Source: Alphaproteobacteria bacterium (GTDB lineage Bacteria > Pseudomonadota > Alphaproteobacteria > Rs-D84 > CASDRH01). From it: DNA of 64,000 nt. The position numbers were made by a program, and so were the translations under genes. The stretch's first letter is position 1. Each line of letters begins with the position of its first letter. The stretch is taken from assembly GCA_025210155.1 (NCBI GenBank), contig JAOASE010000003.1, positions 11,519 through 75,518 on the forward strand, written 5' to 3'. This document shows positions 18,090-26,890 of the stretch, one piece after another. The notes below the pieces were generated by a model. That model ran no database searches. It saw only the letters and a program-made list of their open reading frames with translations, and had not been told where the DNA came from.

Positions 18090-18557
18090 ATGAGAAAAAA
18101 TAATCAAAAAGGTATGTCTATCGTAGAAGTTTTAGGAACTTTAGCAATAGTAACAGTAATGTCAGTTCTTATAGTTTCTTTCTATACGAAAGTATCTACT
18201 AAAGCTACATTCAAAAGAACAGAATTCTTATTAGAAGATATTAGAGGAAAAATAAATTCTATTTATATAGATGGTAATTATTCAACTCTAACACTAGATA
18301 ATTTAAATGATGAACTAGAAGGCCAAGAATTAATAAAAGCAAAGCACCCATTCGGTGGAGACGTTGCTCTTTGCGGTTCATCAGACGGTTTCAATATCCG
18401 TTTAAGTGACCTAACTCTTGAAGAGGCTACTAAATTAGAAGCACTTGGAGAAGGTGACTTAGAAAAAGTATCAGACGATGTTTATAGAATAATTGCTTAC
18501 AAATCTAATAGTAAAGCAAAAGATTACGACAACACAAGATTTTGTAACAACTTCTAA
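18090..18557 (+). CDS. Type IV pilin-like protein, tandem paralog 2
   Basis: MRKNNQKG|MSIVEVLGTLAIVTVMSVLIV, the same architecture. Followed by the terminator 18584-18608. Confidence 0.55.
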   Translation: MRKNNQKGMSIVEVLGTLAIVTVMSVLIVSFYTKVSTKATFKRTEFLLEDIRGKINSIYIDGNYSTLTLDNLNDELEGQELIKAKHPFGGDVALCGSSDGFNIRLSDLTLEEATKLEALGEGDLEKVSDDVYRIIAYKSNSKAKDYDNTRFCNNF

Positions 18558-18583
18558 TAAAGTTTAAACAAAACTAATGAAAA

Positions 18584-18608
18584 CGCCCTCAATTGAGGGT
18601 GTTTTTTT
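18584..18608 (+). terminator. Intrinsic terminator (cgccctcaattgagggtg palindrome + T7)
   Basis: Perfect palindrome followed by a T-run. Confidence 0.75.
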
Positions 18609-18793
18609 ATAAAAAACTTCATCAAGCAATCTCTCCCCAGAGAGTTTTGGATAGTTTGCTTTAGATAGAAGCGAAAATGATTTTTAAATTTAATATTGCG
18701 TATATTAATACTCAATCGTTGAATTTCAAAATTATTTCTCGCGATTAGATGAAGTTAAATATACGAAACATTAATATTATAAAGGATAATTAA

Positions 18794-20329
18794 ATGAAAA
18801 AAATACCAGAAATAAACTCAAACTTAATAAATAGAGATACTCTAATTAAAGAATATAAAAAGGCAAAAAACAAAAGAAGCAATTGGGAAAATCTTTGGGA
18901 AGATTGCATAAAATATTCATCCCCAGAAAGATATGGAAGCTTCTATAACTCATTCCAAGAAGCTAATAAAAACAATGTAGATATCTACGACTCAACTGCA
19001 ATTTGCGGGGTAGAAAATTTAGTATCTACAATAGCTTCAAGCCTAACACCATCATATGAAAAATGGTTTAATTTATCTCTAGGAAATATCACTGTTGAGG
19101 ATGAAACAACAAAAGCAAATATTGAAAAAGATATAGAGAAAATAGAAAAAACAATTTCAGAAAATATCTCACTTTCAAACTTCGCGACAGAAATACAACA
19201 ATGTTACTTTGATCTAGTTACATTGGGAACCTCTTGTCTGTTCTTCGAAGAAAACCAAATAGGTAAAAAATCTGCCTTCAGGTTTAAATCAGTTCCATTA
19301 AACCAACTGACTATAGATGAAGACAGCGAAGGTAACGTAAATAAAATCTATAGAGAAACAAGCATAACGGTAGAAAATCTACAACTTCGTTTCCCAGAAT
19401 TTTTTGAAGAAAATGGTTTAAGTAACCTCGCAACAAAGTTCAAAGAAGAGCGAGTTAAACTGATTGAAGCTGTAGTCCCTAATATGAAAGAAATAGGACA
19501 GCAAGGCTTTGTATATACAGCATTTATAGAAGATGAAAAAAATATCCTTACACCTAAAAAATCAGCAAAAGAAGATAACATATTAGTATTAAAAGAAGGT
19601 GTCTTACAAAGCTCTCCATTCATTTGTTTCAGATGGTTAAAAACCTCAAGCGAAGTATATGGAAGATCACCGGTAATGAAGGTTCTTCCAGATATCAAAA
19701 CAGCAAACAAGGTTGTAGAACTAACTTTACAAAACGCAACAATAGCAATCTCAGGAGTATGGCAAGCTGAAGACGACGGAGTAATTAACTTTAATAATAT
19801 TGATCTGTCACCAGGTTCAATAATACCAAAAGCAATAGGCTCTCAAGGTCTATCACCATTACAAACAGGAGCTAACTTCAACGTTTCACAACTAGTCCTT
19901 TCAGACTTAAGAAACAATATAAATAAAGCGTTCTATACAGATGTTCTAGGTAAGCCGGAAGAAAGCAAACAAATGACTGCAACAGAAGTTTCTGCAAGAA
20001 CAATGGAATTATATCAAACACTTACAGCAGTGTTCTCACGACTTCAAACGGAACTCCTTACACCATTAATCGAAAGAGCAGTAAGCATCCTTAAAAGAAG
20101 AGGGGAGATAGCAAACCTAATCATAGATGGAAATATAATCTCATTAAAATACAGTTCACCAATAATGAACGTAAACAACGACAGAGAAATAGCAAACATC
20201 CAAAGATTTATATCTTCACTAAGCATTCTAGGAGAAGGTCAATTATCCAACATAATAGATACACAAAAGTTAATAAACCACCTAGCAGAAATCACATCCA
20301 TCCCAAAAGGATTGCTAAAAACAGCCTAG
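18794..20329 (+). CDS. Portal (head-to-tail connector) protein, T7 gp8-like
   Basis: 511 aa (T7 gp8 is 536 aa). The N-terminal YKKAKNKRSNWENLWEDCIKYSSP...IYDSTAICGVENLVSTIASSLTPSYEKW parallels gp8 RLKNDRAPYETRAQNCAQYTIP...WQAVGARGLNNLASKLMLALFPMQTW. Confidence 0.7.
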   Translation: MKKIPEINSNLINRDTLIKEYKKAKNKRSNWENLWEDCIKYSSPERYGSFYNSFQEANKNNVDIYDSTAICGVENLVSTIASSLTPSYEKWFNLSLGNITVEDETTKANIEKDIEKIEKTISENISLSNFATEIQQCYFDLVTLGTSCLFFEENQIGKKSAFRFKSVPLNQLTIDEDSEGNVNKIYRETSITVENLQLRFPEFFEENGLSNLATKFKEERVKLIEAVVPNMKEIGQQGFVYTAFIEDEKNILTPKKSAKEDNILVLKEGVLQSSPFICFRWLKTSSEVYGRSPVMKVLPDIKTANKVVELTLQNATIAISGVWQAEDDGVINFNNIDLSPGSIIPKAIGSQGLSPLQTGANFNVSQLVLSDLRNNINKAFYTDVLGKPEESKQMTATEVSARTMELYQTLTAVFSRLQTELLTPLIERAVSILKRRGEIANLIIDGNIISLKYSSPIMNVNNDREIANIQRFISSLSILGEGQLSNIIDTQKLINHLAEITSIPKGLLKTA

Positions 20330-20409
20330 AATAAAAAAAATAAAAATTTTAATTGAAATTTTTAGTTGTTTATATATTAAATGCAATTTTAATTAAAATT
20401 TAAATAAGT

Positions 20410-21186
20410 ATGATTATTGAAAAAAGTTATTTGTATGAGGCATTGACAGGTAATGGTAACTGTTATGTTGTTGATCAAATGGAATCTACTATGGATCCTT
20501 TTAAAGAAATGAAGCTTGGAGATATAGAACTCTCGGAATGGGACGTTATTGTGGCTCGACTTCAAACTAAAGGAAAAGGAAGAACTGGTAGAAAATGGTT
20601 GTCAGAAAAAGATCAAACATTGTGTTTTTCTATGGCTTTACCAACTTCTTATGCAGCTTTAGCACTTAAAATAAACATTATTAGTGGATATGCTATCTGT
20701 GATGTTATTAAGGAGTTTGTAGGTGATAGGGCTAAAGTGAAATGGCCAAATGATGTCCTAGTTGATAAAAGAAAGTTATCAGGGATATTGTTTCATAATA
20801 ATTCTGGTAATTTATGTATGGGTATTGGTGTGAATATAAATCAAACATCATTCCCTGAAGAAATAAAGGATATTGCAACTTCATTGCGTATTGTAACAAA
20901 TAAGAATCATGATCCAATAGAAATATTAGATAAGATTTTAAAATCCTTTATTTATAAGTTAAAACTTCTTCTTTCCGAAGAGCTTAAAATTGAGGAAAAA
21001 TACCCAGAGTATTCTCAATACTATAATCAAAAAACTAAAGTTCACTTAAAGGATGGAAGTAGTTATAAAATTATAGATAAAGGGATAGATGAGGATGGTT
21101 TATTAATAGCTCAAAAAGAAGATGGAACTGAAGAGCATTTGGTTTCAGGAATAGATGTTGGAATAAACCTTTATCCGAAAAAATAA
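20410..21186 (+). CDS. birA: Biotin--[acetyl-CoA-carboxylase] ligase (BirA catalytic type)
   Basis: LQTKGKGRTGRKW is the GRGRxGRxW biotin-binding motif. Confidence 0.8.
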   Translation: MIIEKSYLYEALTGNGNCYVVDQMESTMDPFKEMKLGDIELSEWDVIVARLQTKGKGRTGRKWLSEKDQTLCFSMALPTSYAALALKINIISGYAICDVIKEFVGDRAKVKWPNDVLVDKRKLSGILFHNNSGNLCMGIGVNINQTSFPEEIKDIATSLRIVTNKNHDPIEILDKILKSFIYKLKLLLSEELKIEEKYPEYSQYYNQKTKVHLKDGSSYKIIDKGIDEDGLLIAQKEDGTEEHLVSGIDVGINLYPKK

Positions 21187-21837
21187 GTTTAACTTTTTTT
21201 GTAAATTTTCATCTTTAGATAGTTCAGGATGAAATCCAAATAGAAATACCTTTCCTTTACCATATATTTTATATATTGATGCGTATTTATCAATTTTGGA
21301 ATATAGGAAAGGTATTTCTACTTCTTCTCTTTTTTCTGGTATAAATTCAGGGCCTCCATTATAATATGTTTTAAATTTTTCCGAAAACCCATCAATAAAA
21401 ATATCAGTAGCAGAGGAAAAATCATTTCTATATAAAGGGGCAATTTCTCTAATAGTTCCTTTGCAAGTTCCAAAGAATAATTTAAGATCTCCATCTGTAT
21501 TTTGAACAGTGTTTATGACACCATCATTTCCTATAAAGTCAATGTGTGAAGATGCATAATATGCTCCGGCACAAATTCCAATATAAATACCTCCATTTTT
21601 AATAAAATCTCTAATAATAATATTTCCATTACCATAAAGTTTATCAGTATAAAACCTAGCTTCTCCACCAGGAATTATTAAGATATTATCTTTAGATAGA
21701 TATTTTTTAGATAGTATGTCTTTAGAATTAATTGTAAAAACATTTTTAGAATTAAAAGTTAACATAGCCCAATTTTTAACTTTTTTAATATGTTTTTTTA
21801 CAACACCATCATCATTATATATATAAATGTTTTTCAT
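21145..21837 (-). CDS. Class I glutamine amidotransferase-like protein resembling the BPL_N domain (the N-terminal domain of eukaryotic-type biotin protein ligases)
   Basis: LIIPGGEARFY...IRDFIKNGGIYIGICAGAYYAS matches the recalled BPL_N/GATase-1-like pattern (PGG...GG.YLG.CAG.Y). Convergent with birA; the 3' ends overlap by about 40 bp. Confidence 0.45.
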   Translation of the reverse strand: MKNIYIYNDDGVVKKHIKKVKNWAMLTFNSKNVFTINSKDILSKKYLSKDNILIIPGGEARFYTDKLYGNGNIIIRDFIKNGGIYIGICAGAYYASSHIDFIGNDGVINTVQNTDGDLKLFFGTCKGTIREIAPLYRNDFSSATDIFIDGFSEKFKTYYNGGPEFIPEKREEVEIPFLYSKIDKYASIYKIYGKGKVFLFGFHPELSKDENLQKKLNLFFRIKVYSNIYS

Positions 21838-21955
21838 ATTATTATTATATTTTACATGTTTGGATAAATCAACTTTTAAAAAACAAATATTTTATAAAAA
21901 AAGAGCTATGGATTTTTACATCTCATAGCTCTTTCTAATTTAAACCTAAAAAAAA

Positions 21956-22525
21956 TTAATATCCTTTATCCTGGAGGAATAGGTCTGCACCAGCAGGATT
22001 TCCAACAAATTCCTCAGCTAATTCAGCTCCTTCAGATATAACGTCGCTTCTTCTTCCTTCAACGAACTCATCAAATTCATCAGAGGAAAAATAGTTGTCC
22101 CATCGCTCTTTAATAGCATCTTCATTAACTGCTATTTTTTTATAAACTTCATTAAGGTTTTTGAACTCGAAGTCTATCTCAAGCTCTTTCTTAAACTTGT
22201 TTATATTAAAAAACATGGCTGACTCAGCATCGTCCTTTTCAAAGTTATACTTGAAAATAAGATCAAGTATGCTTTTGCCAGGAAACTTCCCAGACTCAAT
22301 TTCAGCCAGTTTCATAAAAGCATTTTTGCTTTCACATTCATTGCTACACATTACATTTAAAGAAAATTCAGTAAGCATAGCAAAAACAATGGCTTCCTCA
22401 TCTTCGGAAATACCAGCACTTTTGAGCATGGCAATAATTCCGTTATGAGAATAAGTTTCATTATTACTAAGAGATTTCATTATAGCATTTACAATAGAAA
22501 TCTTTTTAAAGTTAACTTTTTTCAT
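21956..22525 (-). CDS. Hypothetical protein (189 aa)
   Basis: ORF only. Confidence 0.4.
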   Translation of the reverse strand: MKKVNFKKISIVNAIMKSLSNNETYSHNGIIAMLKSAGISEDEEAIVFAMLTEFSLNVMCSNECESKNAFMKLAEIESGKFPGKSILDLIFKYNFEKDDAESAMFFNINKFKKELEIDFEFKNLNEVYKKIAVNEDAIKERWDNYFSSDEFDEFVEGRRSDVISEGAELAEEFVGNPAGADLFLQDKGY

Positions 22526-22850
22526 TTTATATATTTTTGGTTATTTATATTTTATCTACTATACAAATCAGCATATACTCGAAAAAATATTTGTCAAGCT
22601 ATTTTTCAAAAATTATTTCTCTAATCAAATCTCCCTTGAAAATTATTAAATGGTCTGGTATCTTATTCCCATAAAAGGAAAGGTATTTTAAGATATTCAT
22701 CCAATAAACGACAACTCTTGGAGTTTTGGATAGTTTGCTTTAAATATTTTTAAAATCGGCTTTCGTATAGTATAAATAATACTTGAGAAATCGATTATTA
22801 AAAATAGATATGAAAAATATACGAAACCCTAGTATTACAAAGGAAATATA

Positions 22851-23753
22851 ATGAAAGTTTACGTAATATATCACAGAACAGATTTTGATGGCAGAGGTTC
22901 AGCAGCGGTAATAAATGACTTCTACAGAAACAAAGAAGGTTTCGAAATAGTAAACATTCCATTAAATAATGAAGAAGTTCCTCATGATTATAAAGAATGG
23001 GATAAAGATGCCATGGTTTATATGTCAGATATATCTTTTCCGAAAAGAGAGCAAATGGAATATTTGCTAGAAACTTACGGTGATAACTTTATTTGGAATG
23101 ATCACCACGCATCATCTATGAAGAATTGCGAAGGTCTAAACATTAGAGGTATACAAAGAGCTGATTACGCAGCAATACAACTAACTTGGTTCTGGTTCAA
23201 TCAAGATAAATTTTCAAGTATAGAAACAGCTAAATTCCCAGAAGCAATAAATTACGTAGGACACGTAGACATAAAGAAACCTTTAAAAGATTCAGAAGAA
23301 TTCCTTACGGCATTAATTTTGCATACAGAGTTATATGACCCAACAAATCCAGATTGGGAAAAATTAATAAATAACGATGAAGGTATGCTTTCTACATTAT
23401 TAACAGAGGGCAGGGTAGCTCAAAGATATAGAGAGTCTATAGAGCAAGAAGCAGCTCAAGAAATCATTCATTTCGTAGAGTTCGAAGGTTACAAAGTTCC
23501 AGCAGCAAATATATACTTCTTCAAGTATGAAGTATTCTTCCACGCAAAAGAAGGAAACCTATATGAGGAGTATCCATTCGTAATAACTTATTATAGAAAT
23601 AACGAAGGACAATGGAAGCTTTCTCTAAGAGGAACTGGTAACGAAAAGTATAAAGATATCGATGTAAGTCTCCTAGCTAAAAAACATGGTGGCGGCGGTC
23701 ATAAAAAAGCTGCAGGCATCAGATCTAAAGAGCTTCCGTTCAAGTATCTATAA
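22851..23753 (+). CDS. DHH/DHHA1-family phosphoesterase (NrnA-like nanoRNase / pAp phosphatase type)
   Basis: HRTDFDGRGSAAV (motif I), NDHHAS (DHH), and C-terminal KHGGGGHKKAAG (the DHHA1 GGGH motif). Confidence 0.7.
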   Translation: MKVYVIYHRTDFDGRGSAAVINDFYRNKEGFEIVNIPLNNEEVPHDYKEWDKDAMVYMSDISFPKREQMEYLLETYGDNFIWNDHHASSMKNCEGLNIRGIQRADYAAIQLTWFWFNQDKFSSIETAKFPEAINYVGHVDIKKPLKDSEEFLTALILHTELYDPTNPDWEKLINNDEGMLSTLLTEGRVAQRYRESIEQEAAQEIIHFVEFEGYKVPAANIYFFKYEVFFHAKEGNLYEEYPFVITYYRNNEGQWKLSLRGTGNEKYKDIDVSLLAKKHGGGGHKKAAGIRSKELPFKYL

Positions 23754-23824
23754 AAAATACTAGAAACATCTTCAATTTTATGGTAAAATATCAACGGAAA
23801 TAAGTATTTCAGGAATATTACATT

Positions 23825-24553
23825 ATGAGTTTATACAATAAAGCCCTAACAAAAGAGGGTGAAAACTATTTGAATAAAATCTTAAAAATCCCAAGTGAAT
23901 TAAAAGACTTAAGGGAATATATTTCCAAAAGAAGCGAAATAGATCTTTCAATATCAGATTCTCAAGTGGCTTTCTTCAGATCATTCCTAAAATCCCAAAA
24001 CCCAAAAAACATTTTAGAGGTAGGAACTTTCTACGGATATTCTACTGCTTGCTTAGCGATTTACACTTCAGAAGACACAAAAATAACAACAATCGATAGA
24101 GATGAAAGAAGTCTAGAAAAAGCAAGAGAACAATGGGATAAACTTATACCAGAAGTATCAAACAAAATTACAGAAATAAACTGCAAAGATAGAAGAGATC
24201 CAAACAAAATAAATAGTGAAGCTCTATCAGAATTAAATTCTTTACTTTCACAAAATAAAAAGTATGATTTCATCTTCATCGATGCGGACAAGAACAATTA
24301 CAGAAATTACTTTGAAGTATCTTTAAAGATGCTGGAAGATGGTGGGGCTATAATAATAGACAACATTTTCCAAGAAGGAGAAATATTCTTTTCTACTGAG
24401 GAAATAGAAGAGAAATATAAGGATAACAATCCAAGAAAACTAAAAAGAATTTTGCTTATGAAAGAGCTAGTAGAGGATATATGCCAAGACAATTCTCTAT
24501 CTACAAGCATCTCTCCATTAGGGGATGGTATGCTAATAGTTCACAACTCATAA
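23825..24553 (+). CDS. Class I SAM-dependent O-methyltransferase (family 3, caffeoyl-CoA OMT-like)
   Basis: ILEVGTFYGYSTACLA (SAM-binding motif I) and IFIDADKNNY (the OMT family 3 pattern). Confidence 0.7.
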   Translation: MSLYNKALTKEGENYLNKILKIPSELKDLREYISKRSEIDLSISDSQVAFFRSFLKSQNPKNILEVGTFYGYSTACLAIYTSEDTKITTIDRDERSLEKAREQWDKLIPEVSNKITEINCKDRRDPNKINSEALSELNSLLSQNKKYDFIFIDADKNNYRNYFEVSLKMLEDGGAIIIDNIFQEGEIFFSTEEIEEKYKDNNPRKLKRILLMKELVEDICQDNSLSTSISPLGDGMLIVHNS

Positions 24554-24621
24554 GCCCCTAAAAAAATTCTTTTTATAAAGAAACAAAACGATTAGTCGTG
24601 CAAAAAACGAAGGAAAAAATA

Positions 24622-25737
24622 ATGAACGCAGCAGCGAAAAAAGACATAAAAACAATAGCAATATTTAACTCGGGTGGAGACTGTGCCGGTCTAAACCAAG
24701 CCATGTATGGTATTATGAAAAGAGCGCAACAAAAAGGCATAGAAGTTTACGGTTTATTTAATGGAGACGAAGGCTTCGGAACAGCTAACCCAGTTTGTGG
24801 TAAACTAAACTACAACCACTTTGATATTCACTTCGACAGATCTGGTACAATACTTGGTTCAAGAAGAGGTGGTGTTGTAGATCTAGGAGAAAGCGGTTTA
24901 GTTTCTGACTTTGGTGAAGCTACAATAGACGAAGAACAACTAAAAATTTTCAAAGAAAATATTAGAAAATATAACATCGATGGTATTATTTTCACAGGTG
25001 GTGACGGAAGTATATATGCAAACAAGTTCTTGGCGGAATTAATTCCAAACACACCAATTATAGCTATACCAAAAACAATCGATAACGATACACCTTGCAC
25101 AGATTATTCTCTAGGTTTTGATACGGCTTGTAACCAAGTTATAGACGTAATCTCAGCACTAGAAATGACATCTTACTCTCATGACATGATTATGGTTGTA
25201 GAAGTTATGGGTAACTCAGTTGGTCACATAGCAATCAACTCAGGTGTTGCAGGATGTGCAGACGCAGTTCTAATCCCAGAAATAGAATATGACTTCTGTG
25301 AACTATACAAACATATTCAAAAAACAAGAGCTTCATTCTTTAAAAAGGCAATTACTATCGTAGTTTCAGAAGGTATCAAAAAACTTCCTGAAGATGAAAA
25401 AGATCCTAAATACAAAGGTATGAGTGCTGGTCAATACATAGTTGAAAAATTCAAAGAAATGGGTGAGAAAAATATCAGATGTAACATTCCAGGTCACATA
25501 CAAAGAGGTGGAAGAGTTACAATCAAAGATAAAATTAAAGGTATCGAATTCGGTACTCACGCCCTAGACCTAATGATAGAAGGTAAAAGAAGTGTAATGG
25601 TTTGTGATGACGGTGGTAAGGTATCACATGTAGCATTTAGCAAAATGTTTAAGTCAAACACTACAGTTGCAGTCCAAAAAGACTCTGACATAGTTAAGAC
25701 AGCTAAAGATTTGGGAATTTACATAGGTAAAATTTAA
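24622..25737 (+). CDS. pfkA: 6-phosphofructokinase
   Basis: NSGGDCAGLN, FTGGDGS, PKTIDND and GHIQRGG motifs. The listed ORF starts at a GTG at 24598, which lies inside a conserved upstream leader motif; ATG 24622 (MNAAAKKDIKTIAIF...) is the likely start. Confidence 0.85.
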   Translation: MNAAAKKDIKTIAIFNSGGDCAGLNQAMYGIMKRAQQKGIEVYGLFNGDEGFGTANPVCGKLNYNHFDIHFDRSGTILGSRRGGVVDLGESGLVSDFGEATIDEEQLKIFKENIRKYNIDGIIFTGGDGSIYANKFLAELIPNTPIIAIPKTIDNDTPCTDYSLGFDTACNQVIDVISALEMTSYSHDMIMVVEVMGNSVGHIAINSGVAGCADAVLIPEIEYDFCELYKHIQKTRASFFKKAITIVVSEGIKKLPEDEKDPKYKGMSAGQYIVEKFKEMGEKNIRCNIPGHIQRGGRVTIKDKIKGIEFGTHALDLMIEGKRSVMVCDDGGKVSHVAFSKMFKSNTTVAVQKDSDIVKTAKDLGIYIGKI

Positions 25738-25763
25738 TAACCAAGTAGTTACAAAAGAAAAAG

Positions 25764-25790
25764 CACTGCCCAAAAGGACAGTGTTTTTTT
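25764..25790 (+). terminator. Bidirectional intrinsic terminator between the convergent pfk gene and ORF 25789..26205
   Basis: cactgcc-caaaa-ggacagtg + T7. Confidence 0.7.
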
Positions 25791-26205
25791 ATTGAAATAA
25801 TAAAGAGATCTGATTTTGATGGATAAACTTTAAATTTAAAAAATCTAAAATATTTTCTTTCAAAATTTCCCATTGAGAAGTATTAAATCTATCTTCATCA
25901 AAATACAATAGTTCAATTTCATTTTTAGTTATAAAAATAGCATTTGGTAATAGGTCTAAGTTATCCTCAATACTTCCATAGTCTTTAGAAAATTCCCAAC
26001 ACCATTCATCATTAAATATTTCCGCAATTTCATTTAAAAAATTAGGAGGCCTAATACCTCTATAAAAAGTATTAAAGCGACCAGTCCCAGGACAATCAAA
26101 TTGAAATTTAAGATCAGTTTTTTCTTTCTTAAAGTAGAACGAGTTCACTTCTATTTTAATCTCATCAACTATATTTAATGCTTTGTTTAGATCAATTTTG
26201 TTCAT
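25789..26205 (-). CDS. Hypothetical protein (138 aa)
   Basis: ORF only. Confidence 0.4.
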   Translation of the reverse strand: MNKIDLNKALNIVDEIKIEVNSFYFKKEKTDLKFQFDCPGTGRFNTFYRGIRPPNFLNEIAEIFNDEWCWEFSKDYGSIEDNLDLLPNAIFITKNEIELLYFDEDRFNTSQWEILKENILDFLNLKFIHQNQISLLFQ

Positions 26206-26348
26206 AGATATAATTTTTATATAAAAACTGTGTTCTTAAATAAATATCAACATCAAAAATATTTGTAAAGTAAAAAACAATTGACAAATTGATAGTATAA
26301 TAATATTTTCCTAAGAAGAAAAAAATATAAACCTCAAATTACAGTTAA

Positions 26349-26765
26349 ATGTCAAAAGCAAAAAAAGAAGCTCTCGAAGATGTTTTATCTTACATATCAA
26401 CCTTTATCAAAAAGCTAGACTACAGGCAAATAACCACTCTAGAAAAAGATATTGAGAAATTTTTCCAAAATAAAGACTTGGGAATGATGTGGATAGTTAA
26501 CAACTTCGGAGATATTAGAGAAAAATCTATTTATATATTTAAAAATCCAGATGATGAAGCTGTTGAAATAGCAGATATAGAAAGGCTAGTAAAAACCTCA
26601 ACTATAGAAAACATTACAACTAATGCCATGGAGATCATTATCAGAAATGATATTTCCTTGGAAAGGAAAAAATATACAAATATAGAAAAAAGAACATTCC
26701 CGAGGGGAAAATATCTCATAAAAAACCATCTTTGTAAGATAATTTCCACTCATAATCCAAATTAA
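26349..26765 (+). CDS. Hypothetical protein, tandem paralog (138 aa)
   Basis: Paralogous to 26891..27328 (…IEKFFQNKDLGMMWIVNNFGD…IYIFKN). The promoter region is duplicated with it. Terminator at about 26783-26812. Confidence 0.45.
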   Translation: MSKAKKEALEDVLSYISTFIKKLDYRQITTLEKDIEKFFQNKDLGMMWIVNNFGDIREKSIYIFKNPDDEAVEIADIERLVKTSTIENITTNAMEIIIRNDISLERKKYTNIEKRTFPRGKYLIKNHLCKIISTHNPN

Positions 26766-26890
26766 TATTTGATAAGATTTAAAAAGGCATCCCTCCAGGG
26801 GTGTTTTTTTGTGAAAAAAATATTTGACAAATTGGTAGGATAATAATATTTTCCTTTAGGAAAAAAATTTAAACCTTTAAAAAAAGTTAA

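Noticed and set aside
24598-24621. GTG start that the ORF track uses for pfk (MQKTKEKIMN…).
   Set aside because: The GTG is part of the conserved upstream leader motif (cgtgcaaaaaacgaagg). The ATG at 24622 gives the canonical PFK N-terminus and has the motif's AAGGA as its SD.
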